DNA from: Hyphomicrobiales bacterium
GTDB taxonomy: Bacteria; Pseudomonadota; Alphaproteobacteria; Rhizobiales; Beijerinckiaceae
Assembly: GCA_025351165.1 (NCBI GenBank)
Contig: JANXWK010000031.1
Span: forward strand, 3,198 to 67,197
Reading direction: 5' to 3'
Length of the DNA stretch: 64,000 nucleotides
Shown: one piece after another, positions 19,148-28,839 of the stretch
Layout: each line of letters begins with the position of its first letter
Position numbering within the stretch: position 1 is the first letter of the stretch
Position numbers and translations under genes: made by a program
Notes under the pieces: model-generated
What the model was told of the DNA's origin: nothing
The model's input: only the letters and a program-made list of their open reading frames with translations
Database searches by the model: none

Positions 19148-19866
19148 TTTCCACCTTTTACATCTATTTCGCGTGCAGTATCAATTTTGAACAGTTTGGA
19201 TTCGGGCCGTTTTGATGTATCTATATTGTTGATCTGTACAACAGTTTCATTGCCATTTGGGTCTGTAATCACCCATTGGCGCAGGGCAATAATGTCCGCT
19301 GCAAACTGCAGCCGAATGGTGGATGTACCAGCAACCGTACTTTTATCCTCAATTGTCAAAGATATCTGATCACAATCACGGTTACCACGGATGACTTTGC
19401 TGTCTGTGTTTAGATCAAGCTTGTCTTTCAGCAGAAATTTCAGTGGTGTCTGTCCAATGGAATAAACAGATTGTGTGTTTAATCGCTTATTCCGTACAAC
19501 CACTGTTGTACCATCTGACACAACTTCCTGTGGACTTGGGGGGTCATAGTCAAAGCGTAGACGCCCAGGACGCACAACATAGAGCTTGCCTTTAAACCTG
19601 CGCCCATCCATACCAATCTGCGAAAAATCAGCAATTAATGTGGTTATACTATTTAAATATGCGTTAGCTTTACTTACAACTTCACCTGTTGAAAGCTGGG
19701 TGAAACTACAAGCAGCACCAGCAGGAGCTTTTGCACGAGGCGCTGTCGCTTTATCTTGTTGGGCAGGATCAAGCGAGAGAGGAGCGCTCTGGGCAAAAGA
19801 CACTCCCGCGCTCAAAAAAAATCCAACACCTGCAAAACAGATATTTTTAAAAAAAGCTTTTATCAT
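19144..19866 (-). CDS. LolA-family outer-membrane lipoprotein carrier-like protein
   Basis: The start is taken at MIKAFFKNICFAGVGFFLSAGVSFAQS (19866). FSQ...GKLYVVRPGRLRFDY is the LolA-like core. It overlaps the xthA start by 4 nt. Confidence 0.65.
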   Translation of the reverse strand: MIKAFFKNICFAGVGFFLSAGVSFAQSAPLSLDPAQQDKATAPRAKAPAGAACSFTQLSTGEVVSKANAYLNSITTLIADFSQIGMDGRRFKGKLYVVRPGRLRFDYDPPSPQEVVSDGTTVVVRNKRLNTQSVYSIGQTPLKFLLKDKLDLNTDSKVIRGNRDCDQISLTIEDKSTVAGTSTIRLQFAADIIALRQWVITDPNGNETVVQINNIDTSKRPESKLFKIDTAREIDVKGGN

Positions 19867-20185
19867 GGTATTGGCTCTAGCAGAAAGGGATTTGAACGCA
19901 AACAGTTTACGAAACACAGAGTTGTAGAAAGTTTAATCATTCTTAAATCAACGGAAATTTATGCTAGCTTGGCTTTAAATACGTTTAATTTCAAAACTTG
20001 CCTTTAAAGTCATATACTGTCATGTGAAGCCCAATGGAAATAACGCTGTGGCACATTGCATAAGTGGATGCAGGGTACAGGGGTTCGCAATACTTCATCA
20101 TGCTGGCTACAGTCTATCTTTTTAACTTGATTTACCTAGTTGGGTTTGCATTTACTAACTCTGATATAAGCTTGATAGCTACTTT

Positions 20186-20211
20186 TAAGATGTAAGAGTA
20201 AGATGTAAGAG
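20186..20211. repeat. perfect 13-bp x2 tandem duplication (taagatgtaagag), intergenic
   Basis: Read directly, in the 0.8-kb gap between the lolA-like gene and hemY. Confidence 0.9.
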
Positions 20212-20456
20212 ATTGACACTCCAAAAGATCAAAGCAATATGCCGGAGTTTAGCAAAAACAGACAGTAAACGCATGATTTAAATTGAACATAATTACAAAA
20301 ATACTCTGTAAGATCTCAAAACATGTATATTGACACAACATTCAACAGATAAAGGGTAATTTGACGCACACGGTTTATTAAACCACATGTAAAGGAACAG
20401 TATCAGGTGTTGCAGGTTGAATATTAACCAATTACGCGAACCCTGGAGTATTTTAG

Positions 20457-20624
20457 ATGAGTGCTTATCAGCCCCTGCACGATAAATCACCCAAAATCAA
20501 GCAGTCTGTGGACGACGCAAGACAGGGTGAAACACCTCATAGAGTACGTTACGTATTAATGTGGAGCATCTTTTTAGTCGTAGTGGCATTTTTTGTTGTT
20601 TATTATTTACAGCCTGGCTCGTAA
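20457..20624 (+). CDS. 55-aa single-pass membrane protein (unlisted small ORF)
   Basis: Manual translation: MSAYQPLHDKSPKIKQSVDDARQGETPHRVRYVLMWSIFLVVVAFFVVYYLQPGS*. It has a polar N-terminus, an ARQG..H.VRYVL motif and one TM helix. It falls below the 60-aa cutoff of the ORF track. Confidence 0.45.
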   Translation: MSAYQPLHDKSPKIKQSVDDARQGETPHRVRYVLMWSIFLVVVAFFVVYYLQPGS

Positions 20625-20723
20625 ATAAAAGCATATTACTATTTTGATTTATATATTTTGCAAAACGATACCATTTAAGAAATGAATACTGTTTTGTTGA
20701 CTAAACACCAAAAAAGAATGTTT

Positions 20724-22253
20724 TCACCCTTTCTTATTTATGCCTGGGTCATCTGGAGCCTTGGTAATTGGGAAAATAATAGGTTGAGGTTTATGAACTA
20801 TACGATTTGGCTCCAAAACTCTCTCATCTGTTTTCGTTTCAGGTAAAACTGTTTCTTCATTTGTAACTAAAGCTGCAACAGGGCTGACCGCTTCATCCTT
20901 ACTAAGCAGTGGAGGCTGTTGACGAATATTCATCTGATCAGCATTTATGTAGGCTCGTGCATAGACTTCAACCGACTGGGGTGGCTCTTGCCATTTAAAA
21001 ACATCAAGACGACCAGTAATTGGTGAAACAGGCGCCCAGTTTTCTGACACATACCCATCCGCAACCCATGCAGGGTCTCGCGGTGCCCGCGCTGCGCGTG
21101 CAAGCCATTCACGGGAGGAGCCTGTATTATTGGATTCGTTTTCTTCCAGTTCAGACATCATCAAGCAGGCACGTGCTGTAGGGTTTTCCAAAACAAGAAG
21201 GTCAAGGTTCTCACGTGCAACGTCAAACTCCTTAGCCTGAAGCGCAGCTTCTGCAACTGTAAACTTGCTCTCACGATTATCTGGTAAAATTCTGGCAAGC
21301 ACACGGGCACGTTTTAGTCTATCAAGAGCTGAGTCACCGCGCCGTACATCAATGTAACTCTCTGCAAGAGCAGGATGTGGCCCTTGTTTCCATGCATTTT
21401 CGAGAATTTTGCTTGCTCGGCTATATTTACCTTTGAAGGTTAGATGTTGGGCCGCAAGAACCGCAGCTGGCACAAGACCAGGCTCAAGTTTAAGGGCGTC
21501 AAGCGCAGATTTAAGAGCTTTTTCAGGAGCTTTTTCAGAAAATTCAAGTGCCTTGGCGCATAGCAGCACAGCACGATTGCGGTGCGTTTCAGCTTTGCCA
21601 ACAATATGGCGACTTGCATTCTGATCAATAATCTTAAGTGCCTTATCCCAGTCCCCATCATGGGTTGCATATTCAAGTGTAGACTTGCTGGCCCATGCAA
21701 TATGGGGCGAGATGCCATGGGCTTCTTCTGCGTAGCGCCGGGCGAGCACTAGATCACCTTTGCGTCGTGCTTCAAAAAACAGACCTCTCAAGCCAAGAAC
21801 CCTTGTTTCTTGTGTATCCAGCAGTTTTCTGAATGCGGTTTCTGCCTCCTCACGTTTGTCAGAAAGTTGTGCAGATTGCGCTTTGAGAAGCAGTGCCAGG
21901 GGTTCAGAACCAAGCAACCGCATCGCCTGTGCGGCATGCTGCTGTGCAGTTCTGGCATCACCTGAGCCAACTGCGATCATCCCTTTTGAAACTGCACTCA
22001 TCCCTTTTGAACGACGGCGCATGCGGTTGGACAAGGATACAAGGCCTGGTAGACGAAAAATAAATCGTAGGATGCTCAACGTAAGCATAAGAATTAGACT
22101 AAAAACTATAAGTGCCAATCCTCCTACCAGCAGTGATACTTCGTAAACCTTGGAATTAAAAATGATTGAGAAAGAACCTTGCTGATCCGCAAGCCACGAA
22201 AGACCAAAAGCTGCAACAAGCAGAATTAAAAAAAATGAAAAAATGCGCACCAT
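20724..22253 (-). CDS. hemY: HemY-like TPR membrane protein
   Basis: 509 aa. It has two N-terminal TM helices (HemY_N-like) followed by TPR-like helices, and it sits after hemC-hemD. Confidence 0.75.
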   Translation of the reverse strand: MVRIFSFFLILLVAAFGLSWLADQQGSFSIIFNSKVYEVSLLVGGLALIVFSLILMLTLSILRFIFRLPGLVSLSNRMRRRSKGMSAVSKGMIAVGSGDARTAQQHAAQAMRLLGSEPLALLLKAQSAQLSDKREEAETAFRKLLDTQETRVLGLRGLFFEARRKGDLVLARRYAEEAHGISPHIAWASKSTLEYATHDGDWDKALKIIDQNASRHIVGKAETHRNRAVLLCAKALEFSEKAPEKALKSALDALKLEPGLVPAAVLAAQHLTFKGKYSRASKILENAWKQGPHPALAESYIDVRRGDSALDRLKRARVLARILPDNRESKFTVAEAALQAKEFDVARENLDLLVLENPTARACLMMSELEENESNNTGSSREWLARAARAPRDPAWVADGYVSENWAPVSPITGRLDVFKWQEPPQSVEVYARAYINADQMNIRQQPPLLSKDEAVSPVAALVTNEETVLPETKTDERVLEPNRIVHKPQPIIFPITKAPDDPGINKKG

Positions 22254-22296
22254 TCAGAGGCCTTGAATACTAATGGATGAAAAATATTTATGAAGT

Positions 22297-23388
22297 TTAG
22301 TTTTTCTTTAAATCAAGGCTTTGTAAAGCGCTTTGCTCAAGTGCTCTGATAGCTGCTTCAACATCCAGTCGGGCTTTTAAATCTTTGATAACAGGCCCAG
22401 CTTTTGAAAGGGCAGGTTCACCAAGTTTAGCAAGATCATCAAGTGCAGGGCCAATTTCATTGCGCGCCAGTGAAGCCTGCACACGAGACACGACAGATGA
22501 GGCATCAATTGCATATGGTTCAGTTGATGGACGCACTTTTACCAGACCAGAGGCTGCCTGCCCGACACGGCCCAGCAATCCATCGGCAGGAGGTGAAGAA
22601 TCTTTGATGATGTCAGGTCCAATCTCAGCAAAGCGCTGCGAAATACGTTGCACTGTTGGAAGTCCAGCATCTGCATGCTGTTTGAGTGCATTCAGATTAA
22701 AATTGGGATCCACCCATGACTCAATTGCCCTAAGCTCTGGCAAAAACCCGCTACCCCGTGCAAATTTACGTTTAAGAGCGTCTGTTGCAGCTATTAAAGC
22801 TGTACCACTATAGCCAGATTGCTGTTTTAGATAGGTGTTAAAGGATGTTTCCAACCTGCTTAGACGAGTAGCTGAGTCGGAGTTGAAGGTTGGGCTTTCA
22901 CTTAAGGTTTTTTCCAACGCCTCTGTGCGGGATAAAAGCGATGAAACCGTCATGTCGGTTTTTGAAACATCAGCTCCAGACGCATTTATAGCTGCAAGTT
23001 TTGCCTCCAGCGATGCCATGCGTTCAGCTGTTGTTTTTTCAGATAATATACTGCTCTGTCTGCTTGGTGCATTTAAACCAAGCAGATAGGAGTTGAGATA
23101 GGGAGTGGTGAGCACAGCAAGAGCTGCAAGGACCCCACCCAAAACTCCAGAAGCAAGTCCGACCATAACGGGTAGTTTAGAAAGTTTGGGTGAGGATGAA
23201 AACTTGGGTAAAGACTTGGATAAAGATGAAGTGACAGGTGGCAAAGCAGAAGAACCAGGATGAGTCGTGTTTTCCTCAGACACAGGAGGCTGAATGGTTT
23301 GCTCTAACTGCTGCTGTTCTGACGCACCTAAACCAGGAACAGAATTTGCTTTGCGCTTCCGATTCAAACTTTCAGACATTAAAGCCAC
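22297..23388 (-). CDS. COG4223 / mitofilin (Mic60)-like membrane protein
   Basis: 363 aa with a polar N-terminus, one TM (PVMVGLASGVLGGVLAALAVL), a coiled-coil middle and a conserved C-terminal domain. It sits between hemD and hemY, the position reported for alphaproteobacterial Mic60 homologues. Confidence 0.6.
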   Translation of the reverse strand: MALMSESLNRKRKANSVPGLGASEQQQLEQTIQPPVSEENTTHPGSSALPPVTSSLSKSLPKFSSSPKLSKLPVMVGLASGVLGGVLAALAVLTTPYLNSYLLGLNAPSRQSSILSEKTTAERMASLEAKLAAINASGADVSKTDMTVSSLLSRTEALEKTLSESPTFNSDSATRLSRLETSFNTYLKQQSGYSGTALIAATDALKRKFARGSGFLPELRAIESWVDPNFNLNALKQHADAGLPTVQRISQRFAEIGPDIIKDSSPPADGLLGRVGQAASGLVKVRPSTEPYAIDASSVVSRVQASLARNEIGPALDDLAKLGEPALSKAGPVIKDLKARLDVEAAIRALEQSALQSLDLKKN

Positions 23389-23509
23389 CTTTGCTGGACA
23401 ATTTAAATCAACGTCCTATTTAGCGTATGATTGAGCTCCATGTCCAGAACTATGGATAACAACAATATATTATGAATGGTTTCAGGCAGAAAGCATGACA
23501 TTGTATTTT

Positions 23510-24208
23510 TTAGCTGTCGATTAAATTCAGCATTGCCGTCTGCTTTGGCTTTGGAGCCACGTATACATGTTGGCAGTTACGGAGTGCCCCAGCAATATTT
23601 TCTGACAAACAAATATGTTTTACGGTCTGTATTTTGTGCATTAGGTTAGCCTCTTCAAAAAGCACCATTGCTATTTGGGCAGACCGCCTGGAAAAATGAA
23701 GAATAACATCCACGCCCTGTTCAACCGCTTTTATCGCTGTTTCAGGTAAATGCTTCACAGTTACAGCTTCATAGTTCTCGCAAGAAATAACATTATAATT
23801 CAGCAGTTTAAGATTTTTTTCAAGATCAGGCTTTCTGGGCTGCCCTGTAAGATACAGCAGGTTTGATGGAGAAACTATGTCGCTGGCAATCATTTTCACC
23901 AAGGATTTAGCGTCTCCCAGTGCAGCTGTTACATTTGAAAAACCTGCTTTTTTTGCCGCCTCAGATGTGTTTGTCCCAACCGTTATACAGGGTAAGGTTT
24001 TAAGAACATCTGGGAAATTGTTCGGCAGATATCTAAAGGCATTTGCGCTTGTTGCAAAAGTTGCAGCCGTTTCTGAACGGTAGTTCATACAAAAATTTAA
24101 AGGTTCAATATTAATTAAAGGGGCAATAATTGCACCATGCCCACGCATTTCAAGTAGTTTTGCAGTTTGCTCTGAATCAAGTTTTGGGCGTAAGATTAAC
24201 ACACGCAT
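23510..24208 (-). CDS. hemD: uroporphyrinogen-III synthase
   Basis: 232 aa. MRVLILRP... has the HEM4-like two-domain pattern. Its start shares 1 nt (24208) with the hemC stop. Confidence 0.75.
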   Translation of the reverse strand: MRVLILRPKLDSEQTAKLLEMRGHGAIIAPLINIEPLNFCMNYRSETAATFATSANAFRYLPNNFPDVLKTLPCITVGTNTSEAAKKAGFSNVTAALGDAKSLVKMIASDIVSPSNLLYLTGQPRKPDLEKNLKLLNYNVISCENYEAVTVKHLPETAIKAVEQGVDVILHFSRRSAQIAMVLFEEANLMHKIQTVKHICLSENIAGALRNCQHVYVAPKPKQTAMLNLIDS

Positions 24209-25149
24209 TAAAGTACTGCATCAAAAAAACCTGACGGCAAATGCTTGCGAACAGACTTGCCAAGCTGACTGCAGGCCAAAATACTTCCATCTACCGGGCC
24301 AGACCATTCATCATGAATGGCACGCATTCCATTATTGCTCATAACACAGATTTTTAAGGTCAGCGTATTCCCTTCAAGCGTTGCATGGCCTGCAATTGGT
24401 GTACGGCACGACCCATCAAGTTCATGCAGAAATGCTCTTTCGGCATTAACAGCCTTCTGTGTCGTTTCATGATTGATGTGCAGCACAAGCTTACGGGTTT
24501 TAATGTCATCTATACGGGTTACAAGGGCTATGGCACCTTGTGCAACCGCTGGCAAAAAATGGGCAATACTTAAAATTTCTGATGCTTCCTGGGCAAGGTT
24601 CAGGCGCTGTAGGCCAGCCAAAGCCAGCAATGTTCCTGCATATTCGCCTGCTCGCACCTTGTTGATGCGTGTCTGCACATTGCCCCTTATAAGCTCCACC
24701 TTTAAATCAGGCCGCAATTGCAGAAGCTGAGCCTTGCGCCGTAATGAGGCTGTCCCAACACGGGCACCAATTGGCATTTCACGCAGCAATGCTCCATGGG
24801 TTGAAATAAATGCATCGCGAACATCGGCTCGTGGCAGATATCCAGCCACCATCAGGCCGTCCGGCAGACAGGTTGGTAAATCCTTTCCCGAATGAACCGC
24901 AATGGCAATCTCGCCGCGAAGTTGTGCTTCATCAATCTCTTTTGTAAAGAGCCCTTTGCCACCAGCCTCTGATAGAGCCCTGTCCTGAATCATATCCCCG
25001 CTGGTTTGAATAATCCTTTGAGGAAAATATGAGTCTGACAAAGCTGTAAGGGTCATCAAGGCCTGTGATGTGAGCTTTGCCTGTGCTAATGCTAAAGGAG
25101 AGCCGCGTGTGCCTATAGGGGAAACTGTCATAAGGTTAGGTATATGCAT
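24208..25149 (-). CDS. hemC: hydroxymethylbilane synthase (porphobilinogen deaminase)
   Basis: IGTRGSPLALAQA...TSGD...GGKGLFTKEID...AVHSGKDLP...RGNVQTRL-type motifs, plus the cofactor cysteine context GSCRTPIA. Confidence 0.92.
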   Translation of the reverse strand: MHIPNLMTVSPIGTRGSPLALAQAKLTSQALMTLTALSDSYFPQRIIQTSGDMIQDRALSEAGGKGLFTKEIDEAQLRGEIAIAVHSGKDLPTCLPDGLMVAGYLPRADVRDAFISTHGALLREMPIGARVGTASLRRKAQLLQLRPDLKVELIRGNVQTRINKVRAGEYAGTLLALAGLQRLNLAQEASEILSIAHFLPAVAQGAIALVTRIDDIKTRKLVLHINHETTQKAVNAERAFLHELDGSCRTPIAGHATLEGNTLTLKICVMSNNGMRAIHDEWSGPVDGSILACSQLGKSVRKHLPSGFFDAVL

Positions 25150-25269
25150 TAATTTCCTAAAAATATAAATTCAATTTTGATAAATTATAATGCTAGTAAA
25201 CAGGTTCATATATTGGATTTCCATAATTTTGAATTTCTATGATATTCTGTTTATAACCTAGGATCAATC

Positions 25270-26343
25270 ATGCTAGCCTTGGGGATAGAAACAACCTGTG
25301 ATGAGACTGCAGCTGCTATCATACGCTGCGGAGCAGATGGCAAGGGCGAGATTCTAGCCAATGAAATTGCTAGTCAGATAGCAGATCATGCAGCCTATGG
25401 CGGTGTTGTGCCCGAGATTGCGGCGCGGGCACATGTTGAGGTACTTGACGCGTTGATTAAACATGCCATGACCAAGGCTGGCGTGTCATTTAATGAACTC
25501 TCCTGTATTGCCGCAGCGGCTGGCCCTGGCCTTATGGGCTGCGTTCTGGTAGGGCTGACAACAGCTAAAACGCTTGCACTTGTTGCCAATAAACCGCTTG
25601 TTGCAGTCAACCATCTGGAGGCTCATGCGCTTACACCGCGTCTCACAGATCAGGTTCCGTTTCCCTATTTACTATTGCTTGTCTCTGGTGGGCATACCCA
25701 GCTTTTGGCTGTGCAGGGTGTAGGGCAGTATAAACGCCTTGGTACCACAATAGACGATGCAATTGGCGAAGCCTTCGACAAGGTTGCAAAAATGCTTGGA
25801 CTTCCCTACCCGGGCGGCCCAGAAGTTGAAAAACAGGCCATGAATGGCAATCCTGAGCGGTTCGATCTGCCACGCCCACTTCTTGGACGCAGAGAGCCAG
25901 ATTTTTCACTCTCAGGTTTAAAAACGGCAGTTCGCATAGCGGCGGAAATGCAAGCCCCTTTAAGTGCTACTGACATTGCAGATCTATGTGCGTCTTTTCA
26001 GGCTGCGGTCGTGGATGTGATTGTTGATAGGGTACGTGCAGCCTTACGCTCATTTAGAGAGCAGTTTGGAACACCAAACGCACTTGTGGTTGCAGGCGGT
26101 GTTGGCTCAAACCAATCCATCCGCTGTTCATTGCAGCGTTTTTCTGCCAGCGCAGGCATAAGATTTATTGTGCCACCCGCTGATTTATGTACCGATAATG
26201 GCGCAATGATTGCTTGGGCGGGAATTGAACGTTTTGCTCTTGGTATGGTAGATGATATCTACATTACAGGTCGCCCGCGCTGGCCTTTGGATGAAACGGC
26301 TCCCCCTGCTCTGGGAAGCGGTCGATACGGTGCAAGAGTTTAA
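25270..26343 (+). CDS. tsaD: tRNA N6-adenosine threonylcarbamoyltransferase
   Basis: [13 protein letters not shown]...[14 protein letters not shown]...VNHLEAH...[10 protein letters not shown] are the Kae1/TsaD signature motifs. Confidence 0.93.
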   Translation: MLALGIETTCDETAAAIIRCGADGKGEILANEIASQIADHAAYGGVVPEIAARAHVEVLDALIKHAMTKAGVSFNELSCIAAAAGPGLMGCVLVGLTTAKTLALVANKPLVAVNHLEAHALTPRLTDQVPFPYLLLLVSGGHTQLLAVQGVGQYKRLGTTIDDAIGEAFDKVAKMLGLPYPGGPEVEKQAMNGNPERFDLPRPLLGRREPDFSLSGLKTAVRIAAEMQAPLSATDIADLCASFQAAVVDVIVDRVRAALRSFREQFGTPNALVVAGGVGSNQSIRCSLQRFSASAGIRFIVPPADLCTDNGAMIAWAGIERFALGMVDDIYITGRPRWPLDETAPPALGSGRYGARV

Positions 26344-26370
26344 AGACAAGTTTAAAGACAAGTTTAAAGG
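26338..26370. repeat. 12-bp tandem repeat (gtttaaagacaa x2 plus a partial unit) spanning the tsaD stop codon
   Basis: gtttaaagacaa at 26338-26349 and 26350-26361, then gtttaaagg. Confidence 0.9.
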
Positions 26371-26381
26371 TAAAAATTTGA

Positions 26382-27359
26382 ATGAGTTTGTTTGACCCAA
26401 TCGGCATAATGGGAGCAGGAGCATTTGGTACAGCGTTAGCCGTTTCAGTCAGCAGGGCTGGACATAAAGTGTTGCTTTATGGGCGTGATGCGAGCCAAAT
26501 AACAACTATAACTGCTACACGTATAAACTCTGCGTATTTACCTGATATTGAGTTGCCATCCAGCATCACGCCAACCAATGATTTAAACAGTTTTCATGCT
26601 GCAAGGTTAATAATTCTGGCAACACCAGCTCAAACCACACGGGTTGCTGTTGAAGCGCTTGCAACGATCATAGAATCTGATGTGCCTCTTATCATAACAG
26701 CTAAAGGTATTGAGCGCGAAACAGGTTTGTATCCAAGCAAGATTGTTGCCCAGATTTTACCACACCAACCAATTGCTTTGCTTTCAGGCCCAAGTTTTGC
26801 AGCAGATGTTGCGCGTGGGTTACCAACAGCCGTAGCCCTTGCCTGCACGGACATAAAACTTGCAGAAAGTCTTGCAAAAACTTTGAACAGTAACACATTT
26901 CGCATCTATCATACGTCAGACAGACGCGGCGTTGAAATTGGTGGGGCGGCTAAAAATGTGCTGGCAATAGCTGCGGGCATTGTTGAAGGACATGGTCTGG
27001 GCGAAAGTGCCAAGGCTACACTTATTGCAAGAGGCTTTGCAGAAATGGGACGTTTTGCCCAAAGCTCTGGTGCAAAAATGGAAACACTAATGGGCTTGTC
27101 AGGTCTGGGTGATTTGGTGCTGACCTGCGGCTCCGATCGCTCACGCAATTTTAGCTTTGGTAAAGCTGTAGGGAGCTGCAATGCTCTGCCCACAAGCCTT
27201 GTTGAGGGTGCATATACTGCTCAAATTCTTATTGAGCTCGCGCATAAACGCGGTGTAGAAATGCCAATCTGTGCAGCAGTGGCTGCTATTGTTGCAGGTA
27301 AAATAACAGTGCAGCAGGCTATTTTACAGCTAACAGCAAGACCTCAAAAACAGGAATAA
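26382..27359 (+). CDS. gpsA: NAD(P)H-dependent glycerol-3-phosphate dehydrogenase
   Basis: GAGAFGTALA Rossmann motif, SGPSFAADVARGLPTA and GAAKNVLAIAAG motifs. Confidence 0.92.
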   Translation: MSLFDPIGIMGAGAFGTALAVSVSRAGHKVLLYGRDASQITTITATRINSAYLPDIELPSSITPTNDLNSFHAARLIILATPAQTTRVAVEALATIIESDVPLIITAKGIERETGLYPSKIVAQILPHQPIALLSGPSFAADVARGLPTAVALACTDIKLAESLAKTLNSNTFRIYHTSDRRGVEIGGAAKNVLAIAAGIVEGHGLGESAKATLIARGFAEMGRFAQSSGAKMETLMGLSGLGDLVLTCGSDRSRNFSFGKAVGSCNALPTSLVEGAYTAQILIELAHKRGVEMPICAAVAAIVAGKITVQQAILQLTARPQKQE

Positions 27360-27364
27360 AAACA

Positions 27365-28231
27365 TCATTTGCGTGATGCTGTGAAGGCTCCGCTTGCAAT
27401 CAACACGCACGCACCTAGCAGATAAACTGTAGGATAGACTTTACCCGCACATATCAACCAAAATGTGGATAAAATTGGCGTTGCATAGGATGCGATACTT
27501 AAAAGCGCAATATTGCCCTGCTTCATACCAATATCCCAAAGATAAAAGGCTGCACCAACAGGCCCAAGACCAGCTGATATAACTGAAATTAATGCAGCTT
27601 CATTCAAAGGCCAGACGCTTGTTTCAAACATAAAATGGCAAATAGCTGACAAAAACGCAGTGACAAGGCAAAAACCTGTAACCGCATCTGTCGGAGTAGA
27701 TTTAAGCCTGCGTGTAAGTACAGAGTAAAGTGCCCACACAATACTACTTGCTCCAGCAAGAAAAAAACCTAGCCACGCTTGATAGGTAAAATTTGTGAAG
27801 CCTTTGCCAAATACAAGGCATCCAATACCTGCAAAACCCAATACAGCTCCTAAAATATGGCGTGGTCTTATAATTTCATCTGGCAAGAGCCAAGCTGCAA
27901 ACAAAACAATCAACAAAGGCCAAAAATAATTTATGAGATTAGCCTCTGCAGGGGGCGCAAGCTGAAGAGCCGCAAAGTAAAGCGCATGATAGCCAAATAA
28001 ACCAAAAATTCCAAGCAACCATACAGGTGCTGGCTGGTGCAAAGTGCTAAGCCTGCCGCGCCAAGTTGTGATGATAAGTCCCAAACAGCCACCAATAGTG
28101 AAGGACATCGCCGCCATTTGAAAGGGTGGAATGCTACTTGCCGCTGTCGTTAAAAGCGCAAGCGAACTCCAGAGCAGAATGGCCAGAATGCCGCAGAATG
28201 TAGCTTTTGAGGTCAGATGAATTGTTGCCAA
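27365..28231 (-). CDS. EamA/DMT-family transporter
   Basis: 288 aa with about 10 predicted TM helices in two EamA-like halves. The annotated start overlaps the parE 3' end by 19 nt, so the start is uncertain. Confidence 0.8.
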   Translation of the reverse strand: MATIHLTSKATFCGILAILLWSSLALLTTAASSIPPFQMAAMSFTIGGCLGLIITTWRGRLSTLHQPAPVWLLGIFGLFGYHALYFAALQLAPPAEANLINYFWPLLIVLFAAWLLPDEIIRPRHILGAVLGFAGIGCLVFGKGFTNFTYQAWLGFFLAGASSIVWALYSVLTRRLKSTPTDAVTGFCLVTAFLSAICHFMFETSVWPLNEAALISVISAGLGPVGAAFYLWDIGMKQGNIALLSIASYATPILSTFWLICAGKVYPTVYLLGACVLIASGAFTASRK

Positions 28232-28500
28232 TATTGTCGTCCATTCAAAATACGCACGATAAAAACGTAATCATTTTGAATATTGTAAATAATAATGTGA
28301 GAACCAAAAGTATGAATAAGAACAGGAGGAGTGAATTCTGTTCTCTCACGAACCGCATAAAAGTTATCTGCTACAAAATCAAAACTTTTGATAAAGCCAT
28401 CATTATATTTTTCTGCCTGGAACTCCCCAAACATCTGCTTTCCATAGAGATAGACATTTACCAAATCTTTTTTTGCTTTCAAGGAAAGTCGGTAAATCAT
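28213..28500 (-). CDS. parE: type II toxin, ParE/RelE family
   Basis: 95 aa. MIYRLSLKAKKDLVNVYLYGKQMFGEFQAEKY...HIIIYNIQNDYVFIVRILNGRQ is the ParE pattern. It lies 3 nt after the antitoxin gene. Confidence 0.8.
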   Translation of the reverse strand: MIYRLSLKAKKDLVNVYLYGKQMFGEFQAEKYNDGFIKSFDFVADNFYAVRERTEFTPPVLIHTFGSHIIIYNIQNDYVFIVRILNGRQYWQQFI

Positions 28501-28503
28501 AGC

Positions 28504-28767
28504 CTATTTTGATGCACTAAAATTGGTTGCATCCAGTTTTGCTTGACGTGCTTCAGACATTATCTCGTCTATTGAAAGATGACAAATTCCACTCTCCATC
28601 CCCTCAGTAATCAGTTTCTGCAACTCTTTGTGTTTAACAGAATACTCCTGATCTTTACGTATTAAATTTCGAACATAATCGCTTACATTACTAAACTTGC
28701 CAGTCTCCGCCTGCTGTTCAACCCAATTCTTCATTGGTTCAGGAAGGGATACATTCATCGTTACCAT
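28504..28767 (-). CDS. parD: type II antitoxin, ParD (RHH) family
   Basis: MNVSLPEPMKNWVEQQAETGKFSNVSDYVRNLIRKDQE is the ParD/COG3609 ribbon-helix-helix pattern. The start is either 28767 or the internal M at 28758. Confidence 0.75.
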   Translation of the reverse strand: MVTMNVSLPEPMKNWVEQQAETGKFSNVSDYVRNLIRKDQEYSVKHKELQKLITEGMESGICHLSIDEIMSEARQAKLDATNFSASK

Positions 28768-28839
28768 CAGCTATGTCCTTGTGAATATAAAAACATAGCA
28801 TTTTGGCAAAGATTGTCAAATATTTGGAGCGTGAATCAC

